Assembly (NCBI GenBank): GCA_004431415.1
Contig: QPMI01000103.1
Span: 186,001-250,000 of the forward strand
Length of the DNA stretch: 64,000 bases
Source: Cyanophora paradoxa CCMP329
Lineage: Eukaryota; Plantae; Glaucophyta
Direction of reading: 5' to 3'
In this document: one piece after another, positions 22,874-36,072 of the stretch
Position numbering within the stretch: position 1 is the stretch's first letter
How the letters are laid out: every line of letters starts with the position of its first letter
Notes under the pieces: model-generated
What the model saw: only the letters and a program-made list of their open reading frames with translations
Databases searched by the model: none
What the model was told of the DNA's origin: nothing
Program-made: the position numbers and the translations under genes

Positions 22874-25800
22874 CTACTCCTGGGCCCAGCGGAGGACGGC
22901 GTCCAGCAGGCTCTCCCTGCGCGCCCCCGCCCGTGAGAAGGGCGCGGAAGGCAGGGGGGAAGAATGGGGGCGGCGGCGTAGAGGGCGGGGCGGGGGCGGG
23001 GCGGGGGCGGGCGGGGGCGGGGGCGGGGCGGGGGGCGCCACCTGCGGAAGGGCTTGGAGATGTGCGCGTCCATGCCGGCCTCCTCGCACGCCGCCACGTC
23101 CGCCGCGCTCGCGTTCCCTGCGCCCCCGCCGCCCCCAGTCCTCAGCACAGCGCGCGAGGGGGCGCGGCGGCGGCGGGGCGGCGGGGCGCGCCGGTGAGGG
23201 CCACGATGGGCGTCCGCCGCGCAGTCATCCGCTCCATCTGGCGCCCGGTCGGTCGGACGGAGGGCGGGGCGGGCGGGGCAGGCCGGGCGGAGCGGGCGGG
23301 CGGGCGGGCGGGCACCTCCCGGATGCGGCGGGTCGCCTGGTGCCCGTCCATGCGGGGCCTGCGTGCGTGCGGCCGGCGTCACGGGCGGGCCGGTGCGGAA
23401 AGGGGCGGAGCGGGACGGGGCGTGCATCTGGACGTCCATAAAGACGATGTCGTAGGGCCGGCGCCCCGGGGAGCTCCCGGCCCCCGCCGCCTCCTGCCCG
23501 GCCCGGCGTCAGACCCAAAGCAAACGGAAAGGAGTGGGGAGGGGCGGACGGGGGCGGCGGCGGGGGGCGGGGCGGCGGAGTCGTACGTGGCGGCGACGGC
23601 GGCGACCGCGAGCTCCCCGTCCGCCGCCTGCCCGCCCGAGCTCGGCGCGGAGGACGGGGGCGGGGCGGGGCGGGGCGGGGCGGGGCGGGGCGGCGGGCCT
23701 GGTCGACGAGGTGGCCGGCCCGCTCCAGCATCGCCACCGCCACCTGCGCCCCCGCCGACGACGCCTCAGCTGCAGCCTCGGGGCGGCGTCGGCCCGCTCG
23801 GGCGGGGCGCGCCTTGCGGTTGACGAGAACGTCGTCCACGACCAGGATGCGCTTCGGGCGCGAGCCGGCCCGCTCCAGCGGCGGGCGCGACGGGCTCGCA
23901 AGCCCGCCCCGGGGCTCGCGGGGCCTCCGGGGCCGCCGGGCGGGGGATGGAGTGGCCGGGGTGGCGGGGCGGGGCGCGAGGCGGGGCGGGGTGCGGGGCC
24001 GGGGCGGCGAGGGCGGTGACGAGGCGGCGGGCGCGGCACGGCTTGCTCACGACCGCGTCGAAGAAGTGCCTGCGCGCGCGCCGGGCCGCCCGTCGGCGGG
24101 AGAAAAGCGCGAGTGGAGGCGCGGAGGGGCACACCGGAGGGGCCCCGGGACGCTCGCGAGGCGCGGGTCCACCAGCGGCTGCCCCGCGTCCGGCGCTGCC
24201 GGCCCCGAGCGTCAGCCGGCGAGGAGCGCAAGAGGGCGAAGCGCAGGGGCGGACAGGGCGTCTGGCGCGAGGAGTAGTGCGCGTGGGCGTGGGCGTGCCC
24301 GTGCGGGCTCCCGCGTGCTCCGAGCCCGCCTCCACTCCGAAGGCCCCCGGCGCGAGCGCTGCGGGGCGAGCGCTGCGGTGTCGGCGACGGACGCGAGGCC
24401 TGGGGCGGGCGGGCGGGCGCACCGGAGGCGGGCGGGGGCGAGCCGGCGGCGGGCAGGGGCCGGGGCTCGCTCAGGAGCACGCAGGTGAGGGCGGACGGGT
24501 TGTCCTGCACGCGCGCGCACACACACGCCGTCCCCGTGAGCTCGAAAAGCTTCGGAGCTGGGAGAGGAGGGCACCCGCTTGAGGGCGGCGAGGCGGGCCC
24601 AGGGGACCTTGCGGGCGACCTCCTCCTCCGAGCAGCGCCGCACGTCCACCAGCACTGCCGCCGCGTTCGGGCGAAAGGGGGTGGGGCGAGGAAGCGGGGC
24701 GCGGGCGCACAGTGGACGGGGCGGAGGGAGCCCGGGGCGGGGCCGGGGCCGGGGCCCTCGGCGCCGGCGGGCTCGGCGGCCGCGTCGCCCTCGACTAGCT
24801 CCAGGGCCTGCGGGGAAGGGCATGGTGTCCGTCAGGCCCGCCAGGGCCGGCCGGACGGGCGGGTGGCGCGGGGGGCGGGCCTGCAGGGCCGTCGAGACGA
24901 GGGTGACGCTGGGCGGGGAGGCGCCGCCCAGGCCCCCGGCGGCCAGCAGGCCCCGCAGCTTCCGCTTGTAGAACTGCCGTCCCGCACGCCTCAGCGGGCG
25001 CGGAGGGAGGAGGAAGCGCGAGAATGGGGGGGGCGAGGGGCGCGCCTGGCCGACGGCGGGGTCCTTGATGAGGAGGACAACGGGGGCGAGGGCCCAGGGG
25101 GGCAGGATCCCCGACCGCCGCCGCATCTCCCGCTTGAGCGGGATCTGCAGGGGGCGAAATCAGCGCAGGACGAGGTCTGGAGCTCTGCGGCGCACAGTGA
25201 AGGAGAAGGCGCATCCGCGGTTGGGCCCGGCGCTGCGGACCGCGGGACGTCAGGCGGAGCGGGCGGGGGCGGGCGGGGCCGGCGGGGCGGGGCGCCTGTA
25301 CACGGTGAGGCGGCCGCCAAAGGCCTCCACGATGCGGCGGCTGATCGCCAGCCTGCGCGCACGCCCCGCTCACGGCGGAGGCGGAAAGCAGAGCGGGGGG
25401 CCGGCGCACCCAAGGCCGGCGCCCCCAAACTGGCGGGCGATCGAGGGGGAGGCCTGCCGGGCCGGCGTGAGCGGGGGCGGTGGGGTGGCGCAGGGGCGGG
25501 GCGGGCGGGGCGGGCCTGGGAGAAGTCGGCGAAGAGGCGGGAGGCGGCGCCCTCGTCGAGGCCCATCCCCGTGTCCCGCACCTGCGCGCGCCAGCAAATC
25601 AGGAGATCAGGCGGTGGGCGGGGCGGGGGCGGGCGGCAGGCCTCGAAGCGGACGTGGATGGGCTCCTGGGCGGCCGAGGGGCCCGCCTCCGGCACCTCCA
25701 GCCCGCGCCGGCCAGACGGGGGCGACCCGTTCGGGGCCAGCTGCGGAGAAGGGGCGTCGGGGGCGGGCGGCGGGGGCCGGGGCGGCGGCGGCGGCGGCAC

Positions 25801-28800
25801 CTCGGCGGTGACGGCGACGTGGCCGCTCTGAGTGAACTTGACGCTCTGCGGCGCGCCGGCGCCGGCGCGGGCGGGCGGGTGAGGCGCGGGGGGAGACGTG
25901 GGGGGCGCCGGGGGGGCTGCGGGGGAGGGCGGACGTTGGAGACGAGGTTGATGATGACCTGCGGCGGCGGTGTCACACGGGGACGGCCGCTCCGGGGCTG
26001 CGGGGGGCGGGGCGGACCTGGGTGAGGCGGTGGGGGTCCCCCTTGCAAATCCCGATGCGCGGGTCCACGTAGCTCGCGATCTCGACGCCCTGCGCCCCGG
26101 CCCGCCCGGGTCGGCGCGGCTCGGCGTGGCGGGGCGGGGTCTTCGCGCCTTGCCGAAGCTCGCGGGGCCAAACAGTTCCGCGGCGCTCTCGACGATGTCC
26201 TCCACGTCTGCCGCGCGGCCCGCCGGGCACGATTGAGCACGCGCGCTTCCCAGCGGAGCCTCGTGGTTTTAGGAAGCTTCCAGGAGCCTCCTCGAACGCG
26301 GCGGGGCGGGCGCGGGGCGGGCGGCGGGGCGGGGGCGGGGGCGGGGCGGGGCGGGCACCGAAGGCGACGCTCTCGAAGCGGAGGGCGTCGGCGTTGGAGG
26401 CCGAGAAGGTCAGGATGTCGTCCGCCAGGTGCCTGCCCGCCCCGCGCCTCGGCCCGAGGCAGCGGTCGGGGAGGAGAGGACGGCGCGCACCGGAGCGACC
26501 CGGCGATGCTCTGCACCGCCTCCGCGTACCTGCCGGTGCGGCGCGGTCGGCGGGCGGGCGGGCGAGCCCGCGGGAGGCGAGGCGAGGCGAGGGCGGGGCG
26601 CACTCGCGCTGGGCGGGGTCGAGGCGGGTGTCCAGGAGGAGGGCGTTCATCGAGAGGGCGCCGTGCAGGTGGTTCCGTATCTGCCGGCGGCGCCCCGTCC
26701 GTGCGGGCGGGAGACGGCGGTGGCAACGGAGTCACCTCGTGGGAGAGGTACGAGAGGTGCTCGGTGCGCAACGCGTCCCCGGCCCCCGAGCGCGCCTTGA
26801 TGAGCTCCATCCGCGCCTGCCGGCGGGGCTCAGTCGAGCGGCGGGCGGCGGGAGGCGGCCCCGCGGCGCGCACCCGGTGGAGCTCGCGCTCGAGGGCGGC
26901 GCGCTCGGCGGCCCGCGGGCGGATGACCGCCGTGAGGGCCCGCTGCCCCACGCCGGCGTCAGGGCGGCCGGCCGCGAGACGGGGCCGAGGGCGGCACCTC
27001 GCCGGGGCCCTGGCCCCGGGGGACGCAGACGGAGACTTCCAGCGGCACGCTCCGCCCGTCCGCGTGCCGCACTGCGGCGAGCCCGTCGCCTCCGGGGCGG
27101 TGGGAGGCGCGCGGCGCGGCGGGCGGCGGCACCGGAGAGGGCGGCGAGGGGCCGCGGCGCGTCCGCGCTCGAGGGCGGGGCGCCCCGAGCCCCAGCGCCT
27201 CGGCCGCATCCTCGTCCTCCCCGCCCTGCGCCCCCCCGCCGCGTCGCGTCGCGGGGAGGGCGGCCGGGCGTGGGCGGGCGAGGGCTGGGCGCGCCCTGCA
27301 GAGTTCGACGAGGGATCGCCCGACAAGCTCGCCGGCCCCAGCAGCCGCGCCGCCGCCGCGTTCGCGCTCTGCCCGCCACAGGGTCAGCCGGCCGGCCGGC
27401 CCCGAGGAGGGGCGGTGGCGCCGGGGCGGGGCGGGGCGCGCCGTGATGACCCCGTCGAGGCCGTAGCTGACGATGCCGTCCGCTGCGCCCGCCGCCGTCA
27501 GCGAGCCGCGAGCCGCGGGCCCACGAAGGGGCGGGGCGGGGCGGGGCGGGGCGGGCGGGGCGGGGCGCGCCGGCGTTCTCGAGGAGCGACTGCTTGCGCT
27601 TGTTCTGCTCCACGAGGCTCGTCAAGCTGCGCGGGCGGGGCGTGAGACAGATCGGGAGGAAGACGGGCGGGCGGGCGGGCCCCGCCCCGGCCCGCCCTGC
27701 GCACTCGGAGATGTCGCGGGCGATGATGGTGAAGATGCGCCGCCCGCGCCCCGTCGAGTGCGGCGCCATCGAGATCTGAGGGGGTACGCTGTGAGGGGCG
27801 CGGCGGGGCGGCGGGAGAGGGGCCGCGGGCCTCCATGGGGAACTCGACGCCGCACTTCCGCCGCGCCTGCGGGCGCCGAGCGGTCTCAGGGCCGGCGGCG
27901 GGCGGGGCGGGGCGGGGCGGGGCGGGCCGTGACGGGGACGGGCCCGCGCCCGATGACGCGGGAGTGCCCCGTGCGGAGGAAGCTCTGCACGCGGGGGCGC
28001 CGTGAGGCCCCGCGGCACGGCGCCGGAGAGGAGGGCGGGGGAGCGCACGGTGAAGTCGTCGTGGAGCTCGTGGCGGCAGGACTCGGGCAGCAGCAGCTCG
28101 AACTGCCGCCCCGAGGGTTCCAGCGCGCTCGGGCCGCGGGGTGCGGGGCGGGGCGGGGCGGGGCGGGGCGGGGCGGGCGGGCGCACGCTCTGCTCGCCGA
28201 GGGCCTCTCCCACGCGGTAGCCGAAGATGCGCTCCGCCGCGCAGTTGAACGAGAGGATCCGCCCCTCTGCGAACGAAGCGCCTCAGGGCCGGCGCGGGCG
28301 GGCGGGCGGGCGCGGGGCGGGCGGCGCACCCTCGTCGACCGTCAGGATGCCGTCGTACTGCGGGGGCGGGGGCGGGGGCGGCGCGGTGAGGGGCGGGGGC
28401 GAGGGCCCCAGGGGGCGGGGCGCACGGCGGTGTCGACGATGGCGCGCGTGAACTCCTCCGCTGCCGCCGGCGCTCAGGCGCGCAAGCGAAGCGACGGGGC
28501 CGGCCGGGGAGGCGGGCGGGGCGGGCACCGGCGCGGAGCCGCTCGATGGCCTCCCGGCGCTCCGTGACGTCACGCACGATCCCCGTGAAGTAGATCCCCG
28601 CCGAGCCGATCTGAGGCCGGGGAGCTCGGGGGGCGAAGGGGCCGAGCCGAGGGAGCCGGGCCGCCGCCCGCACCTGCACTTCGGAGACGGCGAGGTCCAT
28701 GGGGAAGGAGGAGCCGTCGGCGCGCAGGCCCACCACCTCCCGCCCGCTCCCTGCGCGCCCGCTCGAGCCCGCCCGCCGGCCGGCGACGGGGCGCGCGGGG

Positions 28801-30897
28801 GCGCGCCGATGATCTTCTTGACGCCGGTCCGCAGGTAGGACGCGACATACCCGTCGTGCTGCGACTTGTAGGGCTCCGGCATCAGGATCTGCCGCCGGGT
28901 CGGCCCGGCGCGGCGGCGGCGAGGGGGGGCGGGGCCCCGGCGCGACCTTGACGTTCTGCCCGATCATCTCCTCGGCGGAGCGGCGGAAGAGGCGCGCCGC
29001 CGCCGCGTTCGCCGACTGGATGATGCAGCCTGCCCCGCGCCGGGCCGGCCGCATCGGGCGCCGAGGGCGCGCAGCGGGCGGAGGGGCCGGGGCGCACGGG
29101 AGTCGATGGTCAGGATGCCGTCCACCGCCGTGTCCAGGATCGCCTGCGCCGCGGCCGGGCGGCCTCAGAGGCAAAGCGGGGCGGGCGGCCGCCGGCGGGC
29201 GCGGCTCGAGGGCGGTGGCGGGGGCGGGCGGGGGCGCGCCTGGTTGAAGCGCTCGGTCTCGGCGGCGCGGGCGCTGCTCGCCTCCTCGCGGGTCATGTCC
29301 CGCACGATCCCCGCGTAGTGCCGCCCGCCCCCCTCGATCACGATCGCCTCAGACACGCTGCCCCCCGGGCCCCGCCCGCCGTCAGCGCCGCGCCCGCAGC
29401 CGCGCGCGCCCTAGCCCGAGCTCGAGCCTGAGCGGGGCCGGGCGGGCGCGCCTGAGGAACATGGGAAAGGTGCTCCCGTCCCTCTTCAGGCCTTTCACCT
29501 TCCTCCCGCTCCCTGCGCATGCGCGCGCCGGATCGAGCTCGGCGGCACCGCGCGGGCGGCGCGGGGCCGCCCACCTATGATCTTCCGCTTGCCCGTGCGG
29601 TGGTACTCGGCCAGGTACCTGCGGAGCGGCGCGCGTCACGGCGCCGGCCTGCGGCGGCGCATGCGAATCGATGATCAGAGAGAGACCCGTCGTGCTCCGA
29701 CTTGTATGGCTCCGGCATGAGCATCTGCGGAGCGGGCGGGCGCTCGATTCGGAGGTGAGAAAGGGCGGGTTTGCTGTTGCCTTACCTTCACGTTGCGGCC
29801 TGCGGCCGCGCGGCGATCGAATCTCGTCAGCACACGCGCTCGCGTGTGCGCGGATGCGCGCGCACCGATGACCTCCTTCGGGTCGTACTGGAAGATGGAC
29901 GAGGCCGCCTGGTTAAAGCTGCGCGCGCGGGGGTGACGGACAGGAAGGCGGAAAGAAGGGTTGGTGCAGCCGAAGAAGACCTCTGCACGATGCCGCTCGA
30001 GTCGATGCTTATTATCCCGTCCACCAGTGTATCCACGATGGCTTTCGCCCGGTTCCGCTCGAGGCTTCCACTGCGCGCGGAAGGGATTCGGGAACCGCCG
30101 AACTTATCGCGATAGATCTAGCCCAAGTTGCGAGGAATGACGGTTGCGGGAACCTATTGGGTTCAAATTTCGAGCAGGAACACTCCCGAGGGGACAAGCG
30201 CAAAGCGAACAGGTCCTGTGCGCCGCCGTCAACTTCAGGATCGCGCAGAGAGTGAAAGAACGGGCCGGAGGTCGCGCCTTCTCAACTCTCATCGTTTCCC
30301 CGGTATAACACACGCCGCATCCTCCCTCGAACGTGCTCCTCTTTAGACGCAGAGGTACCTGCGCATGCGTGAGTCGGATCGGACCCGGTGGGCCTTTCCG
30401 GTGCGCGAATCGAGCTATCGTTATCTTGATGTCGCTTTTCGATGAGTTAATGGCGAGCTAAAACGCATGACGATCACGTTTGCCTCGCGCTTGCGACGCA
30501 CTCGGAAGAGCCTCGAGCTTCCAGTGCATCTCGCGGAGCCCTCGAGCAACGCGTTCACGTCGTCGTCACTCAAGAAGGTGCTCAAGAGTGCCTCCTGGCC
30601 CACGCCTCCCAAGAGCGCCTCGGCCTCCGCATTGACACTGACAACTCGAAACGCGCGCGGTGGGGACCCGTCCTCCGGATCCGCAGCTGCGCGCTGGAGC
30701 TGAATCATGATCTCCGGGACTTCTTCTCCCGACGTGGATCCTGTGGCATGGTCACGCGCGCCGAGCCTGCATCCGATCGGCGAGTTCGCGCAGAGCAGCG
30801 CTCACTTACCATCGATTCCCTGGAGCCCACGTCTTCGCCTCCGCCAGGCCGAAGCAGCAAGCGCCACAGCGCCGGCGATCGCTGCTGCAGCGAGCAT
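22874..30897 (-). CDS. Hybrid sensor histidine kinase: N-terminal hydrophobic anchor, ~5 PAS domains (two FixL-like), HisKA, HATPase, degenerate plus intact receiver
   Basis: Spliced peptides [11 protein letters not shown]...[119 protein letters not shown]. Confidence 0.92.
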
Positions 30898-31211
30898 GCG
30901 CGCTCTTCGGTCCTCGCCCGTCCGAGCCCCACTGTAGTCTGTAGCCAGCCGCCTTCTCTTCCCCCGCCCCTCTGCAACCCCCCCCTACACCTCTCCCTGT
31001 ACCCAGCCTGTCGACACAGCGTCACACAGGCTCTCACACAGCGCCTGCGGGGAGGGCTGCGGTCGAGCACTCGCTGCCATGCAGAGCCTAAAAGGTACCG
31101 GACCCGATATGCCCTGAAAGCCTCGAGGTCCGACTGCGCCCAGGGCTTGCCGAGAGCATCGCGGAGAGAGCCGTGGAGACACAGCTCTCGGAAGAGCAGA
31201 GAGCATCAGGA

Positions 31212-33037
31212 ATGAGCGGCGCGACGATGTTTGATGCGCTCAAGATCCTGCCGAAGGTACGTTGCCGGTCCGCCTCGTATGCGGCCGCCCGGCTCACGCG
31301 GCACCCGATCAGTTCGTCCTCATGACGGGGCCGCTCTTCGACATCACAGACTACGTCATGCACATCCTTAGCTGGCGGGACAAGCCGACATCGATCCTCG
31401 CCTACGTCGCGTTTCTTCTGGCACGTACGCATACGGAGCTCGCCGCCGGCGGCTGAGCGCCGCGCGGGACCAGGTCTGCTTCTACCCGGTCGTTCTGGCG
31501 TTCGTGCCGACGCTCTGCATCGTGGCCTACCTGTCCGCGCCGCCCCGCAGCCGCGCCGCGCGGCGGCTCCTGAGCGACCCCGCAGGTTCCGACGGTACTA
31601 CAAGCGGACGCGGGCGAGGCTGGGCGGCATCCAGGGCATCCTGCAGGCGCGCCGCCCCCGCCGCAGCGCCGCCGCCGCCGCCCCGCGAGGGCGAGCCGGG
31701 GCCGGCGCAGGAGAACGACATCTCGATGGAGCGGACGAAGCGGAACCTGGCGCGCATCCAGGGCGGCATGGCCGCCTACTGCTCCTTCGCCGCCGTCTGC
31801 CCGCCCCGCCCGCGCGGCCGGCGCCGGCGCCGTCTCGACGGCGGGGGGCTCGGGGGCAGGTGGTGAACGAGTTCCGGAAGCGGCTGACCTTCAAGGACGC
31901 GGCGGTCACGTGGGCGACCGCCAAGGTCTCCATCGCCCTCTCCCTCGCCCTCGCCGCCCTCGCCATCCTCCTCCCCGCCCGCCTCCAGGCCCGCCCCGCC
32001 CCGCCCCGCCCCGCCGCAGCGCCCCGGCCCCGCCGACGCGCGCCGCGCAGGTGCTGTGCGCGGGCACGGGCGTCTTCCTGTGCCGGACGGCGCACGCGCG
32101 GGCCCTCTTCTCCGTCCTCTCCCAGCACCGCCTCGTCCGCGTGCGCCCCGTACCCCGCTTCGCGCCGCTGTACCCCCGAGCGGCCCCCCAGGCGATCGTC
32201 TCGATGGCCGACGGCGCGCCCGCCCCGGAAACGCCAACGACGCGCCTGGGCGCCTTGGCTGCGGCCGGCGGCGCGAACGGGGCGGCGGCGGCGGCGGCGG
32301 GGGGCAGCGGGGCGGGGGTCGGGGCCGAGCCCCTCGCGGACCGCATCACAGTGGAGACCTACGAGCACCAGCGGTGCCCGTCCGCGGCCCCCGCCTTGCC
32401 CGCGCCTTGGCGACCGGTGGCAGGTGGTGGGTGGGCCTCTCGTGGTGCGACAAGCTCCTGCCCGCGGACCCGCCCGTCTGGAGCCTCCCCGACGGTCCCG
32501 CCCCGCCCCGCCCCGGCCCGCCCCGCCCCCGGCCCCGCGCGACCTCCCTGCAGGGACTGAACCCCGCCCCAAGTCCAGCTTCGTCATACCCCCGGGCTAC
32601 AAGTGGTCCGCCCGCCCGCCCCCCTCCCCCTCCCGGCCTCGCGACCGCCCCCGAGCTCCGTGCGCGCAGGGCGGGCGAATGGGCCGTCGCGACGCAACCC
32701 GGTGCGCTCGCGCGGCGCACCCTCCCCGTCCGCCTCGCGCGCCGCGCCCTGACGCCCCTCGCCCCCTGCAGGCGGTGACGAGGACGGTGCGGCCAGGGCC
32801 CCGGGGCCCCGCCGGGCGCTCTGCCTCCCGGCCTGCCGGCGGACGAGCGAGCGGGGCGCAGGGTGGGAGTACGCGGACAACCACTGGAACGGCTTCTCGT
32901 TGAAGCGCTCCCCCCTCGAGCACTTCACCCGCCGGTCCGCCCGCCCTCAAGCTTCCTCAGCGCTCGCCCGCGCGTCCGACCGCGCCAGGCGCCGCTCGCG
33001 CAGGCGCAAGTGGACGCGCGTCATGGCCCGGGCATGA
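31212..33037 (+). CDS. Pex23/Pex30-family (Pex24p domain) integral membrane peroxin with dysferlin-like domain
   Basis: ILSWRDKPTS plus hydrophobic segments, NLARIQGGM, VETYEHQR-WWVGLSW, WEYADNHW, RRRKWTR. Confidence 0.85.
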
Positions 33038-33482
33038 TCCCGAAGCCGACGCGAGCCCGGCGCGCGGGCAGCTGCGGAAGGCGCGCATCCGCATGCGCAA
33101 GCAGGGGGTTAGCATGATGTACAGCCTTGGGGATCCTTTGGGCGGAGTCCGGCACTGCGGCAGCCGCCCTCGACTCTCGCTGCCGGCCCCGCTTGTTTCT
33201 GAAGCATGTAGGAATTTAATGAAGGGTTGCAATTGAGGAATGGCTTCGGATGCCGGCGGGGGTACACGTACGCGCGAAGGCGGGGTACAGGTTCAGAGCA
33301 CTGCACTTTAGCCGGCAGCACCGTACGCGTATACGTACCGCTGCGGCGCGTGCCGTAGGGGCGTGTGATTAGGGAGCTCAAGACTCGCAGCCTCCAGAAC
33401 GCCCAGCTGGCCCAAATTCGATCTGTCCGAGTGAAGGGCTACGCACGTGTGTCTGCAGCAGGCGGCGCCCCCGCCCCCAGCC

Positions 33483-35955
33483 ATGCCGCCGAATGCTGAG
33501 GGCATGTCTTCTGGGACGTCCGTAGGTGCGTACGCGTCTCTGCCCTCCAGGTCGCGTACGAGCGACGCCTCAATTGACTGGCGCGCAGCGAGGAAGCATG
33601 GCGGCGTCGTCGCTTCGTCATCTCTCACGTCGAGGCAGAACGGCGGCCCAGACGCGCCGCATAAGCCTGTCCCGGCACGCGCTCGCGTCACGACGTTGAC
33701 CGCAGCGAAGCCGACCCGAGCGACGGGCCAGCCGCGGTCGGCGCCGAGCATCACTGGCTCGAGCTCTTCGCGAGCGCACTGCAAGCTCGCGGCCGGCCCG
33801 TACGCAACCGCGCTGGCTGACGAGGCCCCCGCGGCCGCGGTCGAGCCAGCTGCGCCCCTTCCCTCGGCCTCCTCCGCGCCAGGGCGTACGGACGCCCCCA
33901 ATCGAGCCACAACCGCGTCTTCTTCGGCAGCGCCAGCTGTACACCGGAGTGTCTCCTCGGGCTCCCTCGCCCGCCCCGACGGCTCCGGTTCGAATGCACC
34001 GCGTCGCTCGGGCTCCATCGGCGAGCTGCTCCGCCCGGGAACCGCTGTCATCGAGCTGCCCCGCGCCCGCGCCGGCGCGGCCGACGTCCGGGCCCTCGTC
34101 CAGGCGCGCCGCACACGCCCCGCGCCCCGCGCGAGCCCGGGCCCCGCCGCTGACGCGCGCGCCCCCGCCGCGCGCAGCACGTGCGGCGGAGCGCGTGCCT
34201 GCGGCGCCTGTCGGTGGCGGACTGCGGGCTGAGCGGGCGGCGTCTGGCGGAGGTCGCGGGGGCGGCCGCCGTCTGCCCCTCCCTTGCCGAGCTCGTCCTC
34301 TCCGGCAACGGCGTCGGCTCCTGCGGCGCCGCCCCCGCCGTCGCCGAGGCCCTCGGGTGCGCCCCGCCCCGCCCCGCCCACGCCGCCCCACTTTCCGTGA
34401 CCGCGGGGGGGCAGGGCGAGCCGGTCGCTGCGGGCGCTGCGGCTGCGGGGCGCGGGGCTGGTGAGCGACGACGTGGCGGCGGTGGCGGAGGGCGCCTGCC
34501 GCGGCGCCTCCCTCGAGGCCCTCCACCTCGAGGAGAACGAGTGTGCGCGGCGGGCCCGGCGCGCCCGCGCCGTCCGCCCGAGCCGGAGCCCGACGCGGCG
34601 CGGGGCGGGGCGCGCAGACGTGCGGGAGCTGGCGGCCGAGGCGCTGGCGGAGCGCCTGCCCCGCCTCGCCCGCCTCCGCTCCCTCTTCCTCGACGGCTGC
34701 AGGCCCGCCCCCCTCCTCATCGGGCGCGTCCGTTTGGTTCGAGCGCGGCGGGACGCAGCGTGGGGGCGATGGGCGCGGCGGCGCTGGCGGAGGCCGTGCG
34801 GGCGAGCCCCGCGCTCCTCTCCCTCGGGCTCTCGGGCAACGCCGTCGGCGACGCCGGCGCCGCCGCCCTCGCCGACCTACTCTCCTCCGGCCCCTGCTCC
34901 CTCACCGTGCCCGCCCCGCCCTCCCCGCCCCCGCCTTTGCCTTGCCCGCCCTCTCGAGCCTTCCTCGCGCAGTTCCTGGACCTGGGCCGCAACGGGATCG
35001 GGGAGGCCGGGGCGGGGGCCCTGGCGGCGGCGCTGGGCCCGCTGGCGGGGGGCGGGGGCGGGCGCCCGGCCCTGGGCGAGCTCCGCCTGGACGGGAACCC
35101 CCTCGGGGAGGCCGGCCTCCTCGCCGTCGCCGAGGCCCTCGCCCGGGAGGCGGGGAGGGGAGGGGCGGGGGCGGGGCCCCCCGCCCCGCCACCCGCTCGC
35201 CCTCCTCTCCCTGCGCGACGTCGGCGCCGGCGCCGGCGACGCGGCGGCGGCGGCCCTCGCGCGCGCCGCGGCCGCCCGGGCGCCCCGCCTCCGGATCATC
35301 TGCCTCGACGACAACGCCGCCGTCTCGAGGTGCGCGCGCGCTACGCTCCGCGTCCCGCCGCCGCTCTTGAAGGGGAGACGGCGGCAGCGCGTCCCTGGCG
35401 GCTGTGGAGGCGGCCCTTGGACGCGCGGCGCCCGCCGAGGGCGGTCCCTCGTCCGCAGCGCCCCCCGAGGGCGCGGCCGAGGGAACAGCCCGTCCTGCGG
35501 ATGCGAAGGGGCCTGCAAGCCGGCCGTCCTCGCAGCCGGAGATCACCGGCGGCGCCGGCCGCGGCCGGCCGGCGTCGGGGCGGCCGCAGCGAGCGGCCTC
35601 GCAGCCGAAGCTGCAGGCCGTGGCCCGGGACAAGCCGGCTGCGGCCTCCGCCCCGCGTCGGCCGAAGAGCGCGGGCCGCCCAAGCCCGCGACCGCGGCGG
35701 CGGGCGGCAAGCCCGTCGGATCGCGCGGCCAGCCTCCGCCGGCTCGGCGCTGGGCTCCGCGCCCGCGCCCGCCGCTCGGCGGGCCCCGTCCCTCTCCGCA
35801 CCACCGCGAAACCCGCCGCGAAGCCGGCGGCTGCGCCGGGGCGGCCCGGCCCCCCAGCCCCGCGGCCAGCTGGCGCCGGGGGGCGCCCCTCGAGCAGCTC
35901 GGCGCGCCCGGCGCCGCCGTCGAGCTCGGCGAAGCGGGGCGGGGGCTCCCTCTGA
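33483..35955 (+). CDS. Ribonuclease-inhibitor-type leucine-rich repeat protein with low-complexity termini
   Basis: LVLSGNGVG, LGLSGNAVGDAGAAALADLL, LDLGRNGIGEAGAGALAAAL, LRLDGNPLGEAGLLAVAEAL. Confidence 0.85.
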
Positions 35956-36072
35956 CCCCGCCTCGCCCTCTTTACGAAGCCGGCCCGCGCGCGGGGCCCC
36001 CGGTTTGAATCAATTCAATTCAAGCAAAATGCAGGAGCCGGGTCGATCCTGGCCACAGGGGGGTAGGCGGTG

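Noticed and set aside
22729-29250. Large plus-strand ORFs (364-470 aa) over the kinase locus, and similar ORFs elsewhere
   Set aside because: Shadow ORFs antisense to intron-rich genes in very high-GC DNA.
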